Assembly: GCA_028534125.1 (NCBI GenBank)
Contig: CM052832.1
Span: 22,074,001 to 22,138,000 of the forward strand
Length of the DNA stretch: 64,000 bases
Reading direction: 5' to 3'
Origin: Lama glama
Taxonomy: Eukaryota
In this document: piece after piece, positions 10,660 through 22,119 of the stretch
Numbering within the stretch: position 1 is the stretch's first letter
Layout of the letters: every line of letters begins with the position of its first letter
The notes under the pieces: generated by a model
What the model was told of the DNA's origin: nothing
Database searches by the model: none
What the model saw: only the letters and a program-made list of their open reading frames with translations
Position numbers and translations under genes: made by a program

Positions 10660-10910
10660 ATACGGTTTACGCGCCAAGGTCCTCCCGCGAAACTCAGATT
10701 TCCCGCCGCCTTTTCAAACCGTATTTGCATATCCCCGCCCCTCAACCCGCCGAGGACCGTTCCCACAGCCCATTGGGCCTCTGTCTCCTTACTTAAGTTC
10801 CAATCGTCGAGCAGGGACGCGACTTGCCGGTTTTCGTTGGCTGCCGTGCATCATGGTTGCCGGGGCGACAGGGGCCCTATTTGCATAGGCCTTCTTGATT
10901 GGCTGGGAGG
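10660..10910 (-). promoter_or_regulatory. E2F3a core promoter: three E2F sites, CHR-like element, two octamers, CCAAT boxes, GC box, RFX X-box
   Basis: E2F sites: TTTACGCGCCAA 10666-10677, CCCGCGAAA 10684-10692, TTTCCCGCC 10699-10707. CHR-like TTCAAA 10713-10718. Octamer ATTTGCAT 10723-10730 and 10879-10886. GC box CCCCGCCC 10733-10740. ATTGG/CCAAT at 10772, 10800 and 10898. X-box GTTGCCGGGGCGAC 10856-10869. Confidence 0.85.
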
Positions 10911-12056
10911 GAGCAGGGGTTTTTTTCAGGAGGTGGGGTGAAGCCTTGCCTTCTCTCCCACGGAAGACCACGCCTGGTCCAGGCTCCGCCCGCATCCCCG
11001 CCCACCAGCCGGGCGGGCGCTGCTGACCTGCAGGGACTCCGCGCCCCGCAGACTCAGTGTGGACCTAGTCTAGAGTGCAAGTTTCGCTTTTGGAAATTGT
11101 CAAGGTGACCAAGGGGACACTTTCAGGAACTCTTTCGTTTGACCAGTCAGGGTAATAGATGAACAACGGCGGGAGATTCTCCCAAATATGTACCGAAGGC
11201 AGGTTGGACCATGCGAACGATGCCTGGCAGGTGGAAACTGAGCCCTTTAAATCGTGGTTTTCTCCCTTCCTGACATCCACCCAATGCCGCGGCGAGAGCT
11301 GATCCCGAGGCCGAGGCTGATAGACAGAAGCATGTGGGCAGACAGAATCGTGGGGGCAGAAGGTTCGACTGACGTGATTTCGGGCACGATTTAGTTAACA
11401 TTCCAGATCATTCGTGGTAGCTTCATTATTAGCCTCGATGGGGTTTACGTAAAAATTAACTCTTAATATTTTGCCCAGTGAAATCTTAGCACGAATATTG
11501 GTTGGAGTCCAGCAGACACCCACCCCACGCCTCGGCCCCACGCTGGCCCAGAAGCACCCAGGGCAGTTAATCTGAGCTAACCTAGGATTGATCTACGGGT
11601 TTCTAATCCGCCAAACAGTAATCCGAAGAAGTACGTGCTTCCCACGATGACGTCTTGCTCCCAATAAACGCTGCACGCCCAGCACCAGCACGTTACAATT
11701 TCGGTTTCCTAGCAAGTTCTCTGACTAAAAGCAAACACGTCTGTCTAAACCTAGTCCAAAATATTTTCAAAGAATTTTTTTTCCAGTAAACTAGAAATTG
11801 CACACCACCCCCCCAAAAGTATTAAATTTATTGTCAAACTGACTTCCGCGCTGGTGCAAGTATTCATGGGTCTTAACATTGAAGCTGCTCCTGTGAGATT
11901 GCGTAGGAAAAAGGACCCTGACAGGTTGTGGGGAAAGGTGTCCATATGTCAGGTCATCATTTACAGTTCCAATCAATAAGAATTGCACAACATAGCTGCT
12001 AATCTGGTGCTTACTGTGTAATGAGGATTGCAATACCTCAAGCCCTTTTGCAAGAC

Positions 12057-12093
12057 TATTATTATTATCATCATCATCATCATCATCATCATT
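12057..12093. repeat. (ATT)n(ATC)n compound microsatellite
   Basis: Read directly: tattattattatcatcatcatc... Confidence 0.9.
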
Positions 12094-12789
12094 AGTAATA
12101 ATTTCCAAAACCTCATATATTCAGTCTTCTGAAAGGCCTGACAAAATATGTCAGTTCAGACTAAGACTCCTTACTATTTCAGTCCTGTTAACCTTACCTG
12201 AAACAGGGTGAGCTCAAAGTATTGTTAAACCTTGCTTCAGGAATATTTTGGTCTTGCTTTCAAGCTAGTTGAGGATTCATGGCCCAGTACCCAAACATTG
12301 ATTGACACATCATCGTAAAACTGACACTATCTTTAGGGCAGATTAGGTGGTATTCAAAGGACATCAATTCCTGGCTGGGCTAGAAGCATAAGGTATTAGC
12401 AACTTCCTTGAACTTGTTCTATCAACGTTGCTTTCCATTGTGCGTCACTACGGAGAAAACTAGTATTGTAACTACTTGTATGTTACCAGCTATAGAAAAT
12501 CACTGACAGCATGCATTTGGTGGCTATAGTGAGGGTCGTAGGAGGAGGGGTGTGCAACATGCACAGTCATCGTAGACCTACATTTTAAGATTACAGTCAC
12601 AGTCACAAGACAGCAAGTGTTTGCCATCTAGATCAACACCTGTAATTCTGATATTTTGACATTCTACGTCTAGTGAACCCCAGGATGGGGTGAGGGGTTC
12701 AAAGAGAGAAGAGGAGGTGTTGGAAGTTAAGATAATAACATTTGAGGTAGGCAATTCACTTGTGGAGAGGAAGCATGTTTTAGGAGAAA

Positions 12790-13000
12790 GAAAATGGGCT
12801 TTGGAGCCAGAGTGATTGGGGTTTAAATTCTAGCTCTGCCACTTACTGGCTATATAACTTTAATCTTTAACAGGCTGGGTTCTCACATGTTTTATGGGAG
12901 CTTATATCGTAATACCCATAATGCAAGGTTATGTTGAAAAGCGGCCATAATAAATGGCACTTTACCAGGTATATAGCAAGTGCACAATAAGTGGTGGCTG
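12790..13000 (+). mobile_element. MIR SINE
   Basis: gggctttggagccag...gggtttaaattctagctctgccacttactggct. Confidence 0.7.
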
Positions 13001-13392
13001 TTGATGATTCTACTTATTTGTGTGGTTGTGCTTTGCAGCTCCTTCTTGTCCACTCTGACTCCCAGCCTCTAATCTTCCTACTGCCTATGGATGTCCACTT
13101 GGCTTTGTCCCAGAGCCAGAGCACAGTCATGTCCTGGTTAGTAGGGCTTATGGAATCCTGACTCAGAAGTTCAGGGTGGTGAAGTCAGGTCAGCTCTGCT
13201 GCTCATCCTACCCAACCTGCTCATCTGTTAGTGGTCAGCTTCTGGCTGTTTCCTAAGTCTGAACCCTCAAGACCTTCCCTTGAAGTTCAGACTGCTCTGG
13301 CAGAAGAGCCAGACTGTTCTTGCCAGTCACTGCCACCCTTTCCCTTACTCTGGCAGTAACCCAAGGCAGCTAGCTGTCCCAGAATTGGCCTG

Positions 13393-13861
13393 TGTAGTTG
13401 GTTGAATGGTGCCCTCTCCCCCACCAGCAAAACACGCCTTTGTCTTAATCTTTAGAACCTGTGGTTGTGACCTAACTTGGAAAAGGGGTCTTTGTAGATG
13501 TAACCAAGCTAAAACTCTTGAAATAAGATCATTTTGGATTATCTGGGTGGGCCCTAAATCCTGTGACAAGTGTTCTTATAAGAGACAGCCAGAAGAGAGA
13601 CATACAGAGAAGTGGAGAAGGCCATGGGAAGACAGAGGCAGAGGCTGGGATGAGAAGCATGAGTCAAGGAATGCTGGCAGCCACCAGAAGCTGGAGGAGG
13701 CAAGGAGTAGCATCTCCCCTAGAGCTCTGGAGGGAGCAGAGCCCTGCTGGCACCTTGATTTCAGACTTCTGGCCTCTAGACCTATGATAGAGTAAATTTC
13801 TGTTGTTTTCGGATCCCTAGTTTGTGGTCATTTATTATGGCAGCCCTAGGAAATTAATGCA
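13393..13861 (+). mobile_element. ERVL-MaLR solo LTR (MLT1B/C/D-like)
   Basis: TG...CA ends and near-perfect 5-bp TSD GCCTG/GTCTG. MLT1 motifs ggccctaaatcc, ccagaagctgga, cagacttctggcctc. Confidence 0.85.
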
Positions 13862-14879
13862 GTCTGTTAGCCTGCCTGCCTGAGCCTCAGACCTCTTAAC
13901 TGCTACTCACCTTGTTTTGGATCACTGCCAAGATACCACTCGTTACTGGACACCAATGACACTAATTGCCAGCCTGGCTATAGCCCCCGCTGAAGACTTT
14001 TTCAAAGTATGACTTGCTGACCACCTGGTGCAGACTCACCCAAGGTGCTTATAAAAGTGCAAATTCCTGAGCTCTACCCCACCCCAAAGAATCAGAATCC
14101 CTTGAGCAGGACCCAAGAACCTCATTTAACAAATCCCTCCGGGTAACTCCTTTACGCTCTAGAGACTGAGGGCAAGAGTCAGCTGTATAACTTTGGACTT
14201 CTGCCCACTACTCCCCATTGCCCCAGCTAGCGTTGCCATCCCCGCGTCTGATGCCTGGATGGGTGTTTCCAACCTCCTTCCTGCACCTTCTCATCCTGCC
14301 AGTTGCCATAAGAAGCTCTGAATTTCTACACGCACACATGTATGTAAACATATACACACAGATACATGTACATTATACATACCACAAAGTTTGACATTAC
14401 AATTTTCTCTAAAAGTCTTCATTTTCTATTTCTAAATACAGATTTGCCAACATCCATAAGGTCTATATAAATAATTCCCAAGAAACAACACTATTAAACT
14501 GTTTTGGGGGATTCAAGGTTAAATCTTCAGATGGAAAAGTCATAGGTTTCTGGATTAAGGAGACTGCTCATGGGCCCAGAAAGTCTTCGGAACATTAGAA
14601 GTTTAAATTGTGCCTCTAATTTAGTTCAGCCAAATCTGAACCTACATTGGATTCAGAGCATATTTAAATTTTAGGGTCTGGAGAAGACCAGCCTAAGAGT
14701 TTAAGGCTTTTCTATTGCAATTCAGTCAGTTAGCTCACACAGAAATAACATTCTATTTTATCTTCCTGGTTGGGAAGAAAGAGGAGCATGTCCTTAAGCC
14801 ATTACCGCATCAAACACTAATAACAATTTCTAGGTGCTCATCCTGGAAAATTTGACCATTATAGTTATTTATAGATAGT

Positions 14880-14941
14880 GGTTTAGATACCAGTGTAGAG
14901 TTTCTTGTCAGGTTGAGATACCAGTGTAGGGTTTCTTGTCA
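14880..14941. repeat. 2 x 31-bp tandem duplication
   Basis: ggtttagataccagtgtagagtttcttgtca / ggttgagataccagtgtagggtttcttgtca (2 mismatches). Confidence 0.9.
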
Positions 14942-15763
14942 TCAATTCTTTGACTAGACCAGGAAGGTACTCTTTAGATAGAGCTTTTGTGTTTTTAAAT
15001 AAATCTAGGATAAACTTCCGGCATAGAGCATCAATCTACTGTAGCTGAATCTCTGGTTGGAGTCCAGGAATCTGCATTATAAGCAGGATAATTGTGATGC
15101 AGGTGGTCCACAGAATACACTTTGGGAAACACTGCCACACAGGCATCTATGACCTGGAAATCTCTAACCTATAAACTGGCTTCTTAGGCAACGATGACAT
15201 AGAAAACTCCCTTGTATGTAGAATCTTTTGAGCAACTAATGTTACCATTGTTAGTGTAACTTTAGACTATACCGTGATTGCAAATTGCCTTTTCTGCTAA
15301 AGCTCTTCCTGCTCAGTTAACAAGTAATGTGATTCAGACAAAATATGCTGGATGGAAAGAAGGGTATTATCTCAAAGGTGTGTGTTTCCTTGCTGTTTTG
15401 AAACAGATTTTTATGGAAACCAAAAATACAGACATAGAAAACTAAACAAAACTAACCATGGGTTAATGAATTACCACAGGATGAACACTCCTGTAGCCAC
15501 AACCCAGGTCAAGAAGTAGAACTTGACCTGTATCCCTGAAGTCCCTTTCACATGCCTTAATCCTGATCACAACCCCTTCCCTCCCACCAAAAGTACTGTT
15601 AGCCTAATATTTTTAGTCTTCACTTCTTCATGTTTTAAAAAAGCCAAATATAGTCCAGAAACTATAGTTTAGTCTTGCCCATTAAAAAAAAGTCTTTTAA
15701 ATCTCTTTTAATATATGATTCCTGATCTATCCCTTTATTTACCTTACAATTTATCTTGAAGAA

Positions 15764-16160
15764 TGTAGTACGTTGAATGGTTGGTCCCTCTCAAAAGAGA
15801 CCTATCCACTGGAACCTATGAATTTGACCTTACTTAGAAAAATGGTCTTTTCAGAATAATGAAGGTAAGGATTTCAAGATGAGATTATCCTGGATTAGGG
15901 TGGGTCCTAAATCCAATGTGGATCATTTTATAAAAGAAAAGGAGAGGAGAAACCCAGAGGAGAGGAGATTGTGTGAAAACAGAGGCAGAGAATGAAGTGA
16001 TGTGTCTACAAACCATAGGCCGAGAGGCACGAACAGATTCTCCCTCGGGAGCCTGCAGAAGGAATCAACCTGGTTGACACCCTGATTGGAAACTTCTGGC
16101 CTCCAAAACTGTGAGAGAAGAAACTGTTGTTTTAAGCCACCCAGTTTGTAGTCATCTGAA
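15764..16160 (+). mobile_element. ERVL-MaLR LTR (MLT1-type)
   Basis: Same motif order as the 13393 LTR (gttgaatgg, cctaaatccaat, gaggcagag, cttctggcctcc, ttaagccacccagtttg). Confidence 0.8.
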
Positions 16161-16304
16161 AACCCATTCCAGGAACCTGGGCCATTTAACCTGACAGCCT
16201 AAATTCGGCAGGTCGCACACGGATGGTGTCGTTTGCTCCATTCTTTCTGTCTTCTCCATTACCTGCAGGTTTGCAGCTGGATCCTCTGTCTCGATCAGAC
16301 TCTG

Positions 16305-16406
16305 GTTTTTTCTTTTTCCTTCTCTTTTCAAATGAAGGTACTGGGGATTGAACCCAGGACCTCGTGCATGCTAAGTATGTGCCCTACCACTGAGCTATCC
16401 CCACCC
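16305..16406 (-). mobile_element. Camelid tRNA-Ala-derived SINE (vic-1-like)
   Basis: Reverse complement GGGTGGGGATAGCTCAGTGGTAGGGCACATACTTAGCATGCACGAGGTCCTGGGTTCAATCCCCAGTACC, with A/B boxes and an A-rich tail. Confidence 0.85.
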
Positions 16407-16761
16407 TGGTCCAAACTCAGGTTTTGGTCTTCTGGCAGATCTGAGGCATGTGAGATCTGCTTGCCCCTTGTTCTGTGATATTAGTGGTCATCCACTCTCC
16501 TTACTTCCCTTTTTTCTTATAAGACTTTCACGTGATATTTGTCTTCAGTACTACTCTGGTGCACATTTGTATGAGAAATTAGGACTCTTGGACTCCTTAG
16601 AGTGTGAGAGGTTTAGATGAGCTTGTTTGCCTCTTCTATTGTTTTCATGCATACAGAGGACTACTTTCTGAGATTTCCTTGTTGTGCCCCCTCCACCCCC
16701 TACTTCAGTCTAGTCTAGACTTTCCCTTCTCTTCATCTCTCTTGCCCCTGTCCTGATCAAT

Positions 16762-16840
16762 TTTTTTGAATTAAAAAATAATTGACCTATGTTTGATTTA
16801 CAATGTTGTGTTAGTTTCAGTTGTACAGCAAAGTGATCAG

Positions 16841-16886
<46 letters not shown>

Positions 16887-17312
16887 TTTTTTAGATTCTT
16901 TCCCATTATAGGTTATTACAAGGTATTGAATTTAGATCCCCGTGCTTTACAGTAAGTCCTTGTTGTTTATCCATTTTATGTATAGTAGTTTGTACATGTT
17001 AATCCCAAACTCCTAATTTATTCCTCTCCCATTTCCTCTTTGGTAACCATAAGTTTGTTTTCTATGTCTGTGAGTCTATTTCTGTTTTGTAAATAAGGTC
17101 ATATGTATCATTTTTTGGATTCTACATACAAGTGATATCATATGATATTGGTCTTTCTCTGTCTGACTTACTTCACCTAGTATGATCATCTCCAGGTCCA
17201 TCCATGTTGCTGCAAATGGCATTAGTTCATTCTTTCTTATGACTGAGTAACAGTCCATTGTTGACATTACAACTTCCTCTAAAAGTCTTCATTTTTATGG
17301 CTGAGTAATATT

Positions 17313-17353
<41 letters not shown>

Positions 17354-17415
17354 ACACCCCTCCTCACATCTTTGTCATTCATCTGTTGATGGACATTGAG
17401 GTTGCTTCCATATTG
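16762..17415 (-). mobile_element. LINE-1 3' end with internal (AT)n and (TG)n microsatellites
   Basis: L1 3' motifs tttacaatgttgtgttagtttc, ggtaaccataagtttgtt, catccatgttgctgcaaatggc. The ORF at 17076-17267 resembles L1 ORF2 C-terminal remnants (ELMPFAATWMDLE). (AT)n at ~16842-16883 and (TG)n at ~17315-17351. Confidence 0.9.
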
Positions 17416-18409
17416 TCCTGATCAACTTCAATTCCATTCTCAACAGTTCCTCCTTGGTCTGCCTCCCTGTTTTAAAATGGAGCCCTGAGGGTCAGTTTTG
17501 AGGGCAGTTGAGGGAGATTGCTGTGTTCCCTTTGGACCTTCCTACTGTAGCCCCATACTCTCATCTTCTCCTGGGGAGCAAAACATCTGTCCATTTCAGG
17601 TGCTATTACCCCATCAGCCCACTCCCATCCCCATGAAGATCTGCTGCTCTCTGAGGGGTTTCCTCTTCTTAGGTCCAACAGGCACCACCCAATTCTTTCT
17701 TTCTTCCTCGTGTACAGGGGCTGAGACCACACAGCTCTTGTGGCAGTTGGTGATTGATCCATATTCATTTGTATTTTGGGATTTGTGGGGTGACTCTGCC
17801 CCCAAGTCATGTGGTAAACATGGCCTGTGGGTATTGGTTTTCCTACCTAGATGTCCTTTCTGTTCTCACGTGGGAGTTCTCGGGTGACCTTTCCTTCATT
17901 GTTAGACATTCATTTTGAAGCTACCACATTGAAGTGTCATTGAAACGATGCCACATACACAAACATTTCCACAGGCATTAAGAGAAAGGAAAGTTAGGAG
18001 CTGTTTTCTTTCCAGCTTCTCAAAGAGAACGTGAAGGAGTGAGCTGAAGGAGAGATGTGCAGTCAAGATCCTTCATTCGTGAGCGACGGTTGGGATGAGA
18101 TCTGGGCTGGGAGGGAGCCGAGGAATGCAAGCTACCTTTTCGGACTTGGTGGTTTGGTTGTGCCTCTTTCTTGAGGGTTTTAAATGCGGAACATTGTTGG
18201 CAGCATATCACAAATGGCCCTGTGGGTAGAAAGTTACTTTTTCTTTTCCACCTTGGTTTCCTTGACGGCACCCTCTCCTGTTTGCCATTCTACCCCTCTG
18301 ACTTTCTGGATCTCATCCATGGCTTCATCTTCTTTTTTATTCCCTTACAGAATCTTTCTCCTCTTCCTGTTCTACACGTTCTCTCTAGATAATCTTTTAT
18401 ATTATCATT

Positions 18410-19415
18410 AGGGTAAAATATATATAAAACATTTATCATTTTAACCATTTGTGAGCATAAAATTCAGTGGTGTTAAATTTATGTTGTATAGCCATCGCCA
18501 GTATCTATACCCCAAAGTTTTTTTTACCATCCCCAAAAGAAACTCTGTGCCCATTAAACAATAACTCCCCATCCTCTCCTTCTCCCAGTCCCTGGTCATC
18601 TTTTTGTCTTTATGAATTTGACTACTCTAGGTAGCTCATATAAGTGGAATTATACAATATATGTCCTTTTGTGTCTGGATTATTTCAACTAATATCTTCG
18701 AGACTCATCCATGTTGTCACATGTCAGAATTTCCTTCTTTTTGAAGGCTGAATAATATTCTACTGTATGGACATACCACATTTTGTGTATCCATTCATCT
18801 GTTGGTGGACTCCTGGGTTGTTTCCACCTTTTGGATATTGCGAATAATATTGCTATGAATATTCACATCCCTGCTTTCAATTCTTTTGGTTATGCAGTTA
18901 TACCTCAAGATACTGTGAGTTTGTTTCCAGACCACTGTAATAAAGTGAATGTCACAATAAAACAAGCCACATGAATTTTTAGGTTTCCCAGTGCATATAA
19001 AAATTATTTTTACACTATGCTGTAAAATGTGCAATAGCACTATGTCTAGAACAGTGCACATACCTTAATTAGAAAATGTTTCGTTGATAAAACAAATGCT
19101 AACCATCATCTGAGCTTTCAGTGAGTCATACTATTTTTGCCGGTGGAAGGTTTGAAATATTGCAAGAATTACCAAAATATGGCACAGAGCCACACAATGA
19201 GCAAAAATTGGAAAAAATTGCACTGATAGACTTATTTGATGCAGCGTTGCCACAAACCTTCAATTTGTAAAAAACAGCAACAACAACAAAACACACACAC
19301 ATTATCTGCAAAATGCAGTAGAGTAAAGCACAATAAAATGAGGTATGCCTGCATACCTAGCAGTGGAATTTCTGGGTCAGATGGTAGTTCTATATTTAAC
19401 TTTTTGAGGAATTCC
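18410..19415 (-). mobile_element. LINE-1 (L1MB-like) 3' fragment interrupted by a Tigger element
   Basis: L1 motifs cccattaaacaataactcccc and ccattcatctgttggtggac. L1 sequence resumes as tacctagcagtggaatt after 19353. Confidence 0.85.
18895..19351 (-). mobile_element. Tigger1-derived non-autonomous TcMar DNA transposon
   Basis: TIRs cagttatacctc ... gaggtatgcctg (Tigger1 TIR CAGGCATACCTC). Internal similarity to the 58221-58730 copy in the opposite orientation. Confidence 0.85.
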
Positions 19416-19454
19416 CTGGACAGTCTTGACTTTAGCTACGATTTCAACTATGGT

Positions 19455-19670
19455 CTGTGTAGTGTTGGCCAATAGAACATTCTACAATGATGGAAATCTA
19501 TAAATCTGCACTGTTCAATGCAGTAGCCATGAGCCACACATGGCTAATGATCACATGAAATGTCACTAATATGATCAATGAACTGATTTTTTAAGTTCTA
19601 TTTAATTTTAACTCATTTAAATCCAAGTTGAAATAGCTACACATGGGCTAGTGAATCTTACAGCAGATAT
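19455..19670. mobile_element. MER3-like hAT-Charlie MITE
   Basis: ccaatagaacattctacaatgatggaaa...gtagccatgagccacacatggcta...aaatagctacacatgggctagtg. Confidence 0.7.
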
Positions 19671-19739
19671 CATGGGCTTTGGCTTCTAATTCTGTTTTTT
19701 TAATCTTCCCATTTTTCCTGTTTCAAATACACACTTCCA

Positions 19740-20830
19740 CTAGGTTCCCACTACCAGTGCCTTAATTCATGTGGTCCTTATTTCTTACATGTATTGTTGC
19801 TGCAGGCTCCAATTTTATTTCCTAATGGCAGGTTGGCATCCAACTCCAGTCAACTCCACTGCCAAAATGACATTGTCTACTTTATCCCAGGCACTTTAGT
19901 TGGATCTAGACTATCTACCTGTGCAGGGAGATCTAAGTAAACTTTCTAAAATGTAAATCCAACTAATTTGGCCTTGCTGAGGCACCCCATTACCTGAAGA
20001 GTTAAGACTAAATTCCTTATCTTAGCCTACACAGTTCTCAGGCTATCTCTCTAGCCTCATTTCACATTGTTTTCCAACAGACAGCATATGCTCCAGCCAT
20101 ATCACACTATCTGGTGTACTTCCAATGGTCTCTTTTCCATGTGTCATATAACTGTCCCCCTGCTTAAAAATGCCTACCACTCCCTGCCAAAATTATATAC
20201 TGTTACTCATCTTTTAAGACTCTGCTTAGGGGACACTCCTCTGCAAAGCCTCCTAAGATACCTCTCCTCATATCATTCATTTATCCAATAAACATTAGTT
20301 GAGCATCCACTTTATGCCAGACCCTGACTTAGAAGCTTTGCATATAAGTGAGAAACAAAGAGACCTAAGGATGTCCTCATCAAGCTTGAAGACATAGGCT
20401 GGCAAACGGAACTATAATAACATTTAATTGTAATTCTGTATTATGATAGTCATTGTCATATATACTAAGTGATGTGGTAGGAGGCAATGCACTCTGCTAT
20501 CAACATACTAAGGACACCTCTCTCAGGCTTGGGGAAGAGTTTAAGGAAGGTTTCCTGGAGGAGGAACTAGGTAGAAGAATGAGTAGAGACTGTGGAGGTA
20601 ATAAGGAATGGGAGCCCGGAACATGGAATGCATGGTTTGTTGGAGGAGATGAGAGCAGCTCAGCAAGGAACTGTGAAGAACCTTACAGTTATGACGATAT
20701 TTGGGATGTATCCTGAAGACGAGATGTCATGGAGACAGATGTGTGACGTGAGGAGATTTGGTCTTAGGAGGATTCCTCTGGCTGCTCCTCTTGCTGCAGT
20801 ATGGGGAGTGGATTGGAGGGGCCAGGACTG
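19740..20830. mobile_element. L2 LINE fragments in both orientations
   Basis: cattcatttatccaataaacattagttgagcatc (L2 3' end), ggaaggtttcctggaggagg, ctctggctgct...ggagtggattggagggg. Confidence 0.6.
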
Positions 20831-20839
20831 TGGCAATAC

Positions 20840-21190
20840 TCTAGGGCATGGAAAAACTGGCTGCTGGATTGAACCTGGCCCACTGTTTGTTTCTGTACAG
20901 TCTGCAATCTAAGAATGATTTTTGATACTTTTTCTGAATGACTGAAAAAAAAATCCAAAGAAGAATGTATTCCATGACATGTGAAAAATTAAATGAAATG
21001 CAAAGTCTGTTTCTATTAATAAAGTTTTATTCAATCAGAGCCAAACACATTTGTTTGCATACTGTCTGTGGCTGCTTTCGGGCTACAAGAATAAAATTGA
21101 GCAGTTGCAACAGAGACGGTTTAACCCACAAAGCTGAAAATATTTACTGTGTGGCCCTTTCCGGAAAATTTTCCCAACTTCTGATCTCTC
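20840..21190. mobile_element. MER58-like hAT-Charlie element
   Basis: gagcagttgcaacagagac...aaagctgaaaatatttactgtgtggccctttccggaaaa. Confidence 0.7.
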
Positions 21191-21794
21191 TAGGGGAGAA
21201 ATCATAGTGAATTTGACCAGACAATCCAGGCGGGAACTTTAATGTCTCGTTCTCTCCTTTTCGATAGTGTGTGAATTAAAATGATACACTCTTAACTTCT
21301 AACTGCTTCCTATTTTTCTCTCTTCCACTGAACTGTGAACATCTTGAGAGTAGATTTTTTTTTTCTATAGTCAATTTTGTCTTTTTGGTGCTTGGTGCAT
21401 AGTACATACTAAATGTTTGTGGGACAAATGGATATATGTGGACTTATATGGAAGTAAGACTCGTGCATAAAGCGTCAGCTGCCTCTGCTTGCTGGGCCCT
21501 GCTCCCACAGCCAGGAACTGTGTGATTTAGTTGAAGCTGAAACCTTATGCACCCACCTCAAGGGTGGGCATGTGGCCTGAGCATGGCCAGTAAGTTGTTT
21601 CTAAGACTTAGGTTTTAATACTTGAGAACTCAGAGAGCCACCTTTACTTTAATTGATTTTGCCTAGAATTAATCTTACTTTTATTCTACCCCAAACTGGT
21701 GAGATATCCATGAGGAAAAGTAAAAGGTCTATCTCCCTAGTGACTCCCTTGTTCTGTTCTTGCATGGCACCAAAAAAGAAAAGAAAATCTAATT

Positions 21795-22119
21795 AGTTAA
21801 GTTAAACATGGTGTGAGCCCTTAATCTAATGACTGGTGTCCACATAAGAAGACGGCCGTGTGAAGACACAGAGACCCGGGGAAATGTCACGTGACGATGA
21901 AGGCAGAGATTGGAGTGGCAGCTACAGGCTGAGGAATGCCAAAGATTGTCAGCAAACTACCAGGAGCTGGAAGAGACAAGGAAGGATTCCCCTACGGGTG
22001 TCAGAGGGACCGTGGTCCTGCCGAAACTGTGATTTCAGACTTCTAGCCCCAGAACTGTGAGACTATCAGCTTCAGTTGATTTAAGGAACCAAGTTAGAGC
22101 AGCCCTAGGGTACTGACAC
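21795..22119 (+). mobile_element. ERVL-MaLR LTR fragment (MLT1-type)
   Basis: aatgactggtgtc...gaggaatgccaaagattg...gatttcagacttctagccccagaactgtgaga...gcagccctagg. Confidence 0.75.

Larger units (their letters stand above)
8300..11100. promoter_or_regulatory. CpG island spanning E2F3a and E2F3b promoters and first exons
   Basis: Very high GC and CpG density compared with the flanks; CpG enrichment tails off to ~11.7 kb. Confidence 0.95.

Noticed and set aside
11791..12108. ORF with a poly-Asp/Asn run
   Set aside because: Translation of the (ATC)n/(ATT)n microsatellite.
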